64,000 bases of DNA from Octopus bimaculoides (lineage: Eukaryota). The DNA is taken from positions 63,841,458 through 63,905,457 of the forward strand of contig NC_068986.1 of assembly GCF_001194135.2 (NCBI RefSeq), given 5' to 3'. This document shows, piece by piece, positions 37,301 through 50,300 of this stretch. Every line of letters begins with the position of its first letter. Positions within the stretch are counted from its first letter, which is position 1. The notes beneath the pieces are model-generated. The model was not told where the DNA came from, did not search any database, and worked only from the letters and a program-made list of their open reading frames with translations. The position numbers and the translations under genes were made by a program.

Positions 37301-40300
37301 TTGATACAATTTAGTTTCTTAAATTCTTGTTTCCTTTAGACATCTGTCACAAAAGAATCTAGTGCTATGAAGTTCTAGGCTAGTTCATAGCATAATGCTT
37401 GTGATTCTGCAGCCATTGTGCTCTTGCCTTTGGTGAATTTTTCTTAATGTCTTAGTTGTTAAGAATATTCTTTTTATGTGTTTTGAATTATTAATTACTT
37501 GTTTCAAATCTTCCTCTCTTTCAGAATTGCTGTGTGTATGATGTGTGGTGATAAATTTCCCATGGAATTTGCTCTTGCCCCATTGCTCAATCAAGAATTC
37601 TTCCGTGTTGTTAATAAGGATAATGGCCAATGGCTGGTTGATATATTCCTAGATGATCTTAGAGTGAGATTGAACATCATGTTAACTTCATATCATGGTG
37701 CTAACCTCATGAGGGATACACTTTTCCATGGTTACGTATTGATTTATTCAGCTCAGAGACAAGCTTCCCTTTCAACAATGAGGTGAGTATTTTATTTCAC
37801 ACTTTGAAAACAATTTTACTACTAGTCAGCCTTATAATGCAGTGTAGTAAGGATGACCCAAAGTCATAACCCAGATCTAAGTTCTTTTGTTTATGTAAAA
37901 TATATACATCATTATAGTATTTTGCTAAGTGTATTTTGTCACAGCATCAGCACTAAAGAAATTGTCTTGGACCCAGTAAGTTTCAAGCATCCCCTCTTCT
38001 CTATGTTGTTTCTGTTCATTTGACAACCACTTTACAAGATGAACTGGGTGCATTTTAGCAAGATGCCAGCATTAGCTGAGTATCCTCTCACTGCCAGGCA
38101 ATTTTCACAATAGAATACCTTGGTGGACTTTTGGAATAGCACACCCATATAAGTTGGATATTTTTCTGTTTTGACAAGAGTTTTCAAATTTTTTTTCACC
38201 ACATCCTTTGCAAATGATGTGAGGAAGATTTTTATGAAAAAATTATTTGAAAATAATATGTATATGTATGTGCATATATATATGTATGCATGTATATATC
38301 TGTATGTATGTATATACAATTTTTATTGAAGTCCTTAAGAGAGTTTAAGCCAGTTGCTAACAAAACAACAAGACTCTTTTGAGTTAAAAGAATTCCTAGT
38401 GCTTGTAAATATGTGGTTGAGTTGGTGTGTTGGTTGAGCTGTCAAAGCACATACCAAAGTGTGTGCATCTATTCATCTAAATAATCTCAAATTAAGAATC
38501 TTTGGAATGTCTTAAAAATCTTCACTGTGCCACTAATAGATTGAATTTGGAGTTGTTTTTTTTTTGCTTTTTCTTTGAAAAATCTAGTATTTCTAGGTTT
38601 TTGTCTAAATTTGTGTGTGTGTCTGTATATGATTTTTCCTTGAGTTTCATTTAAGTTCTTCTTGAGAGAGAGTTCAAGTTAGTCACTAACAAAGTGACAA
38701 GACTTTTTGAGCACACTGAATTATATAGCTTGCATTAAGTTCAGGTTTGTTAATTTAAATCTTTCCAAAAGCAAATCTTTTAATCACTAAATTAACTTCT
38801 ATAAAAGTTGATGGCAGATTGCATGGAAGGTGCTAAATTAACTCGTTATCACTGTTGGGTGACATGTCTCTTTTGAGTTTGAGTCTTGCTTGAGATTTCC
38901 CTCTTACTTGCAATATATATAATGAACTTGCAATATATATATAATGTGAAATGTTCTAGATACTTAATAGAACAAAACATATTGGCAAAGTTGTTGAACG
39001 GAATAATATTAATTACTACATCTTAAGTATTTTTATTTTTCATAGGCATCAAAGTTTTGTAAATGCAAAACCTTTGTGTTTCAGATATAGTTGTTTCATC
39101 CTTGAAATAACAGCTACATTATAACATGTTTTCTAGATTTTGTAACTAGTAATTTTCTATGTTTCCTTGCCATTAAATTGAGAACAGGGCAAAATTTGTT
39201 CAAAAAGAAAATTTATTTGTTAACAGACTTATTAATGTGTCAAAAAAGAAAAGAAAATTGTGTTAATGCTTATTACTATTAGCTTGGTGACTAGAAGCAG
39301 CATTAGTGTTAAATGCTGTTAAATGAAATGCCTTGTGGTGTACACTCTTTCATGTTTTGAGCTCCAATCTCTCCAGAGACAATATTGCCTTTCATGAAAT
39401 AAGTATGAAGTCAAATAGTAAAATCAATGTAATTCACTATAACTTCTTACTAAAGTTTGAGAGCACATACTTAAACTAGAAAGTATTATTATTTATCCTT
39501 TCATTATATATTTCAGAGCATTTGCTGCTCATCTGCAACACCAGATACCTATTCTAGTCCTTGCTATCGCTGATAGTATTGGTACTGCTCTATTGCATGA
39601 TGAAAATGTTACCACTTTGATCTCAGAAGGAAGCTCTGTGGCTGAAAAGCTGAAAGCATACTTCATGACTACGTCACACACTTTCCAACACCAGCGTATG
39701 TATTAACATTTCTTTTTCCTATTAAAAACTTTTTTTTTTTTCTTAATCTAGAAATTATTAAATTAATCCAAAATGACCTGGATGGTCAATTATTATTGTT
39801 TGTTTTGAGATTGTATTATTTGATTTAAATTCAATTGTTCTTCAAGTAGGTGTTGTTTTCAATTGTGAACCATGTTTCAGCTATCTTGATTCTGTACTAC
39901 TAATGGAGAATTATGGTGTGGATGTAGATTCAACATGTGAGCAAGAAGATCACATTGCAGTCATAGGGGACTGCGTTCTATCCTGTTTTGTGACATCTTG
40001 GACAAGTGTCTTCTACTGTAGCCTTTGGTACCCATGTAAGGGAATTGGGTAGATGAAATTATATGGAAGCCTGCCTGATGCATTGTACCTGTTATTCAGA
40101 GGCCCAGGCTTGTTGTGTGTTGTGCAGCCAAGATGATTCAGCTTGAAAATTCTCTTAAGAGTAAACAGGTTTATAGAATACTCAGCCACTTACAAGTTAA
40201 TTTAATGAACAAGTAATTGAGTTGATCCAACCACTGAATACTCATCATCAAAACCAACAGATGATTCTTCATGGCTAATATCAGAGAGTGAGTCAAGTTA

Positions 40301-41289
40301 GAATGGGAAAGGCGTAAGTATTGGATTATCATTGAATACAGAACTGCAACATATGAGTATTTAACCAACAGTTGGGTTGGGTTGGGTTGGGTCTCAGCAA
40401 TCCTAACATTGACTGTCATATATGCAATTGTTGGTTGGTTGTCAAGTATTTTCATACTTCACTGCCAGTTGATTGACCATTTTATAATTTCTTTCTCCTC
40501 ATTTAATGACTAACTTGATAAACTAGGCTCCTTAAGGCAAATAGCCAGCAAACATGCAAACACATGACTCAACAGTGCAGTTGTGTAGTGATCAACTGAA
40601 TATGTTTGTAGATGTTTTTGGAATCAGATGCATTTTTCATGTCAAAGTCTCTTTACCACTAAGTGTAACTTGTATGTGCATCTTGGCCAGCTACACTGGA
40701 ACATTATTAATGAATTTGTTATTTTGTTGAGCAAAATATTTCAAACACTACAAGTTAACAACTAAGATTTTAACACATAATATTAAACATCATTATAGGC
40801 ACCCATTTAAGAAGGCAAAGGGTTGGTCACTCTATTGCTCCTTTTATGTTTTACATTGGTGCATATGTTTAACCCTTTAGCATTTAAACTGGCCATATCT
40901 GGCCCAGATATTTTACCTGATTCATGTTCAAAACTGCCAGATCCAGCGTCTCACATCTACCCCAAAGTGTCATTCTAAAAATAAATAGTCACACCATATT
41001 GAGAAGTGGATAGGGCAACATGCTTAATACGCATTACATGAAGAGGGTGTAGGTTTAATTAGTTGTTGAGAAGAATTTTTAAGAGCATTAGTTTTTGGCT
41101 ATAATTGTTAAAGTCTTAAGAGGACTTTTAATAATTATAAAATGGATGTAAAAACCCAACTTTTTGCAAATTGTTGGTGATTGAGACCTTACCAAATTTT
41201 CAATGTTAGAATTTTTTCTTGCCTAACATGGTTTTTTTCATTGTACCCTTGGCTAAGTGTGAATTATATGTAAATATTTCCTATTCCAC

Positions 41290-41332
<43 letters not shown>

Positions 41333-44300
41333 NNNNNNNNNNNNNNNNNNNNNNNNNNNNNNNNNNNNNNNNNNNNNNNNNNNNNNNNNNNNNNNNNNNN
41401 NNNNNNNNNNNNNNNNNNNNNNNNNNNNNNNNNNNNNNNNNNNNNNNNNNNNNNNNNNNNNNNNNNNNNNNNNNNNNNNNNNNNNNNNNNNNNNNNNNNN
41501 NNNNNNNNNNNNNNNNNNNNNNNNNNNNNNNNNNNNNNNNNNNNNNNNNNNNNNNNNNNNNNCACACACACACACACACCAGGAAATGTGTTAATTATTT
41601 TTATATATACTTATATAAGATAGTTTCGCTATCTAGTTTATTTTTCTGTTTCAGATTCTGTATTCACACCTTTCTTTAATGATGCATGGGTTCACCGTGA
41701 GGACACAGAAAATTTTTTCATCCGCAATCTTGATCCACCATCGCCACCCTTGTCGGAATCAAACCCAAACATCGACAAAAGGCCCCCAGCCCCACTGCCC
41801 AAGCCAAATGATCTGTATCACACAACCAAGAGCAGTACAAGCAATAGGTGCGTCTCGCCAGACTGTGGTTGGTTAGTATATTAAGAATGCATCCGTGTAC
41901 ACGTAGGGAATCAACTTTGACTTATTTCTTAAAAAATTTCTGAATATAATTAAAAAAAAATTTAAAAAATACAAAATCCAAAGAAAAATACACAACAAAC
42001 TGAATTGTCCTCTTTTGCACAATGTAGGCACAAATAGATTGGAACTGAGGCTCATGTATTCTATCTGGACAGCTTTTACTTCTCTGATTAACTTTAAAAA
42101 ATATATATATTTACTAATATAATACTTTCACTGCTAATCACGTATCAACCCAAGAGTTCTAACGATTTGACTCTGTTACACCTATTATCAAATAAGAGGC
42201 CAACTCCTCATCTTTTAGTGTCTAGGATCAGTTATGGAAGATACTGGTAGATGGCAGAAAATCTAAACCAATTACAGCATAAGGTGAAACCTGGATATAT
42301 CTGTGTTTTGCCATTATTATACACATTTTCATCTCCAGAAATCTCCATGGTTTTCCATGGAAATGTTAATTAACTGTTGGATTCTAGTCTTTTTCAATCA
42401 TCCTAATCAGTCTTCTTCGCAGAGGTAGGTTGTTTATATTTGGTCTTTACATTTTGTTCTATTTTGTGTTTAGTCTTTCATTTCTGTAGAGTTCTTTTGG
42501 TATTCTTACTGTAGGCCTGCCTTTGTTTCGTTTGTTGAAATGGAGATAAGGCTATGCTTTAACTCGATCAGGCTGGATGTCTACCTCCAAACTAATATCT
42601 TCCAAGTAATCTAAATACAAGTCAAAGGTGGATGTAATAATGTTAATGCTGTAATCAGTTTTCTGCTCTTAAGATTCAAAGCAAGTAAGCAAATCCTTAT
42701 GGAAATTTTTCCTGTTTCTAAAGTAAAACATTATTGTGGTAGTTAGATGAAAGGAAATCCTGGCCTGAATGAGTTAAACCAGTGGTGACAGAGTTCTATT
42801 GAAAATTACTTGGGAATACGAGCTTCCCATTCTGTTGCGAATTAAGTTTGCAAGATTGAAACAAACTGAAGAAATGTACTATTTACCATAGTTACAATGC
42901 AATATTACAACACATTTGTCATTTAATAATGCATTACTTGTTCATATATTTTCTCATCATCCAGCAAATTTGATTGCTATACATGTCCCAAGTTAGATAT
43001 TAATGGAACTCTGTTCGTACTTTTGTTGCAGTACCTCTGCTTTTCTCTATATTCTGATCTGAGTTCAGAAGGCCATTTGCTTCACTGACATTTTAAATTG
43101 CTTCATATTTAGGCATCATTATTATTACTGTTGTTATTTGTTATTTATCATTACAGTGGCAAGCACTGTTGTGTGGTGGTATGTTCCTGGTGAGCTGAGT
43201 CCGTGACCCGGTTTCAATTCCCAGCTAGAACTGCTTTCACTTACAGTGCTAATGCCCACGGGAAAGGCATGAATGTAACAACTCCCTTTTCCCTCCCCTA
43301 TAAATCTGTGGCATTATGCCTTTTTAAGAAATTGTTGTCATCATTATGATGAGCTTGGTTATTGCTCTTATCCTGTGATCCTTTTTTCCATTTAGTCCCA
43401 GTATATCTTGTAACCTTCGTTTGCTGTGTAGCTCTGTCAAGAGCCCCACAGTGTCCACCATGCCTGTCAAGTATGGAAGTAATGCTGTTTTCTTGGCTTT
43501 CATTATTTTAAAGGACCCCCTGAAGTTTAAGCAGCAGATCAATAAATTATTTCTCATATTTCTAAACCAATGCGTATACTCTTGCAGATTTTTTGACACC
43601 CAGAACTTTAATGAGTTTACTTAAATTAATCTAAAAATTTATTTTATTTTGGTACTAAATGGTATTCTTTGCTTTTCCATGTTTTTACACCTGTTTTGAA
43701 CACATTTCATGTATGAATTGACTAAACTAATGCCATTTAGAAAAAAATTAGTATGGAGCTCATAGACTAAAAGCTTGACTTGTTTGATATTTTAAGGTTT
43801 ATTTTCACTGTATTGAGTTTCACCTTTTACTTCAGCTTGTTACCTAAACTTTGGCATCTCTTGGGCTTTCTAAAAGATAAATTGTACCTTCCTACTTTCT
43901 CTTTCTGCTTTTATGCTTGAAATGTATTTTGAATGGTTTGCTTTAAGTTTTATAAGTAAAAGCAAATTTTTGTATCTTTAATTGAAAATAGTCAGCTATT
44001 TAACCAACTGACTAATGGAACTACATAAATATTATTATTATTATTATTAATATTACCTTTCCTATCTGTTGCCGTTGTGGCAATAAAAGAAATTAATATT
44101 ACTATTATTATTATTGAAGGCAGCAAACTGGCAGAATTGTTAGCGCATCAGACAAAATGCTTAGCAGCATTTCTTCCAGGTCTTTATGTTCAGAGTTCAA
44201 ATGCTAACAAGGGCAACTTTGCCTTTCATCATTTCAGGGTCAGTAAAAGAGTACCATTTGAGTTATCAACTTACCTGAAATCACTGGCCCTGTCAAAATT

Positions 44301-47300
44301 TGAAACTAGCAATATTATTATTATCATCTTATAGTATGGAGTTCTAAATATCAGGCTCAAAAGTCACTATCTTACAAGGGCTACAAAGTCAAATGTAATA
44401 TCTTACAATTCAGTTTTCACAACTAGCTCTCCATTAATCCAAAGAATTTCAGGTTATGGTGGACAGTCTGGGGCTGACCAGTTTAAAACAGAAAAAAAGG
44501 AAAATTGTGTAGTGAGGGATTGGATAAAATAGCATTTGGTCTTCATGGTACTTGTCATGTATTTGTTTTTAAATCTTCAATATCATTGCTAGTAATTAAA
44601 GCCACTGAGCTTTCTATTTCTCTGCAGTCAGAGCACAGAAGACTCGGAACCTTTGTATGATCATTTGGTTTTTCCCAACCAATACCATTCAGACAGTGAA
44701 CAGGAACGAGCGTCCTCTCCTTCTCCACCTCCCATTTCATCACCAACTGACTATGAAATTATTAGTAGTATAGCTGCTCAAACAAATGGAGAGCATCTTA
44801 TAAAGCCAAGCGAAATAAAGAGCCGACGTAACAAATATGTGGGTGAGTGTAACTAGAATTAATTTGTTTTTATTATAACATATTAATTCTTTGAATTGGT
44901 TAAATGTCTTTTTTCCAGATAATACAAAATAAATTGGTTACTAATTCTATTATTCAGTTTGGGGGACATGCAGACATCCTAATTTGTGCATACAATTATA
45001 TTTCACTTGACACATCTGCAGTAGCCTTATAATTGTTAGTCAATCCATGCCAAAACTAGTTCCTAAACTGGAAAAAGCTTACATGTTACAACAAATTTCC
45101 TTTGTTGAAACTGACTTCCCGCCTTGTTACTCTTTTTCATTTTCTTTTTATTCATTCCTTCTTTCCTTTCTTCCTTCATATACAAACATTGACATGTATT
45201 CAACTCTTATGTATGTATTACACATGTAGTTTGTAATACTATTCTTCATTGCTGTGAAATAAAGGTAATCAGCAGCATATTCTTTGTATTTTAAAACTTA
45301 TCTACAAGACATTTGAGCATATAAAGATTTTGAATCAAATCCAATTTAAACCTTGATTACTGTACAACTAGAGAATGTCTAATTTTATTTTAAATCTTAA
45401 ATATTTGAAAGTAGGGACGTTATTGGTTAATTATCCTTGTAATTGAATTTGAAGCAGAAATTAAACATGTAGTTAATGAAATTTGTGGATTTTTTTACTC
45501 TTTGGATATATTGTTACTGTTGTTCCTGGTTTTACAAAGGCAGCTGGCTAAAAGAAGCATGGTTCAACAAAGATGACCATGGCTATCATATCTTGGTCAT
45601 GCTGAACTAAGATTAATATGTTTTGAAATATGGGAAATGATACAAATTCATCTGAAACCATAAACTGGTCAATTTATTATTTAGAAAGATTTATTTTGTT
45701 GTTATTATGTTGCTTTAACTCTCCCAACTGAAGCAGACTTATAGCAAATAGGGAAATGAATGTCTGGAAGCAACCCACAGATCCATTACTCTGGATATTT
45801 CTTGTCTTATAATGAGTATACAGTGTATATTTTGATATGCAGTGATATATTTTTATGATGTAACGTGTCAGTCAAGCTATATTGCATTTGCTCCACTATT
45901 CAATTTGTAGTTGTATGTCTGATGTTTAGCCTCAGGTCAGCCTTGATCAGTTAGGTATATGACCAGACATTCCATTCTGTTATCCATCCTTTCTTTAAGA
46001 CAGTAGAGTAGGATTTTTAAAGAATAGTTTGCTATTATTTCTAGCAGGTCAAGTGACTGCATAAAAGGCCTCATGAAGGCTTTATTTGTATGCCTGCTCT
46101 AAATGTTATGCATTCAAGCTCATTGTCTGAGGCTAGAGTTAGCATATGGTGTATAGGTAATTTATATTTTTTCTGTTTGTAAGTGGAAAGGATGATGTTC
46201 TTAATATTGTAGCAGTGTCTTGGGAGTGTTTAAGATGTAAAATGTGGTATTCTTGTAACTTTCAATTGCAGGTTCAGTGTTATTTATATTCTGTTGTGAT
46301 TAATTTGAGAAATCATAGCCCCTATCATCATCATCATCATTTTTAATTCTGCTTTTCCATGCTGACATAAGTTAGATGGAACCTTTTTGAAGCAGTGTTT
46401 TACAACTGGTTACCCTTCTTGATGCCAACACTTTTAGCTGTTTTTTATGATATGTGGTGATATGGTGTACCTGTTCTAAAACTGGATGGTATAATCTATG
46501 ATAGATTTGATGCTTGTATTGTTTTTGTGTTGGCCAAATTTATTATCTATTAAGTGCCTCGAATAAAGAGTAGAAAAATGATTAGAAGTGTGTGATTACA
46601 ATTGCAAATCAGTTCATTAGATTTAACAGCCAATAAGTATTGACTATAACTAAAATTGTTGCAAATTATTTCTCAAATAATAAATAGTTTTAAAAATAAA
46701 TTGCTGTCAAGCACATGAACATTCTTTGTCTATTTGCTTCTTACTCTGTCTAACCCTCTGTTGTCACTTTTTTTCTTTTAAAACTTTTCTTATTTAAAAA
46801 AAATTGTGTGCATTGAAATGGATAATTAGTTTGCTACTGATTTATATAGTTACATGTATGTAAGTTCATGTTACAGTCAACTAAGGCAAATAGAAACATG
46901 AAATTTGAATTCTATATTTTATTTGATGTATTTTTTTCTTTATTGTATTTGTATTTACTATGTGAGAAAGTTTGTGATTTATTATCATTGGCTTGAAATA
47001 CATTATATACTGACTGAATTGAATCATTTTTCAGGGCCTGATGAAGATGATTTTGAAGGTACAAGTAGCCAGTTAACTGTTGCTTCTTGTTGACCTCTTT
47101 TTCTCTGTTGTGTGTGGTTTTCTTATGCTTTTGATATTTTAATAAAATCTTCAATTTAATAAATCCTTAAATTTGTGTTTAGATTTTTTTTTAAATTGGT
47201 ATCTCAGTCATATTATTTTTATCATTCTGTTGAATATCTTATACTTAATCTTCAGTTTAAATGTTTATGATTATTTGAGATGAATTATTCAGAGAAAGGG

Positions 47301-50300
47301 TTTTCTAAAATACCCTTGAACTTTTTTTTTTTTAAATTAATATGAAATTATGGTTTTGTCAAAAGTATATTTCCCTGTCTTTACAAATTCTCTAGAGTTA
47401 ACTCTAAAAACCCTTTTGATCAAAGCATATATATAATCATGATGATACCAGTTTTAATCCAAACCATAATCCTGTAATTATCCAAAAAAGAAACCTACCT
47501 AAGCATACAAAATATTAGAATAATGATTTCTTGCATAGTTAAAATACCTCAGATTTTTTTAGAAAGGGAACAGTTAATTATATCAACCCTAATTGTTTAG
47601 TCTAAAGGCTGTAAACTGTCTTTTGGTGCTAAAACCCTAAATAAATATACTTAAATAACTTTTTTTAGATATAATCTCAATAATAAGTCTGTTAAAACTA
47701 GCATAAAAACTTATCACCTCCAGTCATATACATATATATATATATATATATATTTAGCCTTGATTTTAAAATGTTAAACGTGACATCTTTAGAACAGTTT
47801 TTCATTTAGAATCTAACCATTGTTTTTTTCTTTCTTCTTGTTGGTTCTTTTGTTATCTTAAGCTTGTCATTTGTCTGCTTTCTTCATTCCTGTTTTATTG
47901 CTTCTTGTCCATGTCATATCTTTCTTATAGTCATGTCTTTTCCTAGTTCTCATTATTCTCTGAGCCTTTTTATTACCATTTTTTATGCATTGTCTTAACA
48001 TTCCAATATTTGATATGTCTTTGTATTTTTATTTCTATTTCTTTCTCAGCTCATTCAAAACTGGTTTACATACGTTTTTGTGATCATCATCATCTTTTTT
48101 AAACTCTTTTTATTTATTTTTTTGATAATTTATTATGAATGGTAAAGCAGCATGATCATTTGTGAATTATCAGATTGTTCGCTTATTTGTTATAAATTCA
48201 TTTTCTTAAACACACACATTATTTCAGCATTTTTTAAATCAGTTTTCAGTGGTATTTTGTCTTTATCACCATAGTTTCTATTACTTAATGAGGTAGTCTT
48301 TGATCAATTTTCAATTCATCAGTGCCATAAATTCTGGCTTTATTAATACAAGTTCATGTATAATTTCTCACTGTGTGAACGTGTGTTTGTGTGTGGTCTG
48401 CATGCAATAAATCTTATTAATTACAAGTTGTTTTCAACACATTAGTATTCTTAGAAATAAATCTGACTTATGCACTTGTAAATTGAAGTTATTGGAAAAG
48501 TTTCGAAAATTCATGTCATCGAATCAGTACTTCTCATGTTGTTGTTGACTTGCTCCTTATGCTTCAAACAGGATTACATCTGAATTAGAAATAGGTTAAC
48601 ATAACTTTATTCCTTCATGGTTTTCTTCAGTCAATACTTTTTTTCTCCACTGTTTAATGATTTTTGGACAGAAGACATAGTTATTAATAATTATAGTGAT
48701 TTATTGTCTTTTTTTGGCTACTTTCTTTTTTAATCTTTAGTTGCTGCTCTTCTATACACTATTCATTGTCTGTGTAGCTTGAATTACTTTCGTTTTATGC
48801 CTACTATAATTGTTTTAACCTGAGTTTAACGTTTGAAACACAAACCAATTTTTATTTGCAGATGTCACTGATAAGTTGATATTTTCTCCAGAGTATTTTT
48901 CTAGTAAGAAACCTCTCTCACCCAATTTGTGACTGTACATGTTTGATTGACATATAATGGCTGCTTTTGTAGTTTTGTTTATTTAAATGATTTTCTTTTT
49001 GTTTCAGTTTTTTTTTTATACATTTGGGGATGTTGAGACATTATAAAGTTATCTAAATTTATATTATTAAATTCTTTATGAGCTAATCAGTTGAATATTT
49101 TTAGAATTTAAGGACAACACTACATATAATGTCATTTTTACTCTTGACAATGATGGGTCAGCATAGTTTCATTGTACTTTGCATTCTTTGTCCCAATATT
49201 TATTTTCCTTTTCCTTCCATAAATTATCTCTACACGTTCACCCTCATCAAATTAAGTTGACATATAAGTTACATAATCTGCATAAATTTCAAATTTCTTA
49301 ACAGAATGTAAAATTTCTTTTCTTCAATAAGATATCTGGATCTCAATACTTGACAAAAAACTAGAGGGCTTGTTTATTGCATCTGATCCATAATGTTATC
49401 CATATTTTTTGTATGGATTGGCATTGTCATAAAACTAAGCTACAAATTTCAATTACACAAATGTTAAATGAATTGTTAAATTATATTGGACTTCCAGAGT
49501 TGTGAAATTCCATTCACAAATTTACACCAAGATAGATTGATATAGCATGTAAATCTGGTATGCTATTCAGGAATATAGTTTTATGGTTAAATCTTAAATT
49601 AATAAGGTGTAACAATTAGGTTTATGATGGATGGTTTTGTAAAGTTAGTATTTTCAAAATTTGTTGAGCCCTGCTTTTTAATTTTGTTTTGTTTTTTTTT
49701 TTTGGTTTTTTTTTTTTTTTTTAAATACACTTACATCAACCCATGAATCAGCTGCAATGTCCAAAATATGTTGCGATTACCTGTCTGACCACCACTTGCT
49801 CAATTTCAGAACAATATAGAGACCATCATCGTAGATCATACCCTGCTGCAGACGTGGCTGATACCATGCACTTATTTAGCCTGTACGGGATAAGTGACCC
49901 AGTTGCTGAGGCTCATCTCCACCCACCATCCGCATATCCATTCAAGAAGTCGTCCAGTATGAGGTTATCTGAAAAGGCAGAGTTTGAAGGTGAATGACTG
50001 GTTCAACAGCTTGTTGTCGGTTAACAGTTTGCTTTCACCCGGTTCTAATATCTCTTGTTATTTACATTTTATTAAAATATTAAAAATACCCAAAGTCAAA
50101 ATAAACATGGAGGAAACAATGTACTAAAACATATTTTGTGGTTACAAATTAATCCCAACAATTTTGTGAGAGCAAATATGAGAACTGTTGGACAAATGGG
50201 ACCCACCTTGAACCCTCCTATTGTATTCTCTCTATATATTTCCTACTCTGACTCTATTTGTGCCCCAAATAGATATGTAGTTTACACTGTAAACTTTGGC

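Noticed and set aside
49743-49809. Upstream ATG or phase-0 acceptor (CAG 49749-49751) extending the 180-nt exon
   Set aside because: Phase 0 does not fit the phase-1 donors upstream. An internal promoter using this ATG cannot be excluded, but nothing supports it.
49735-50044. Minus-strand exon suggested by GTAAGT at 49734-49729 and acceptors at 50046-50045 or about 49970
   Set aside because: All three minus frames contain stops; the plus-strand phase-1 exon explains the GC-rich island better.
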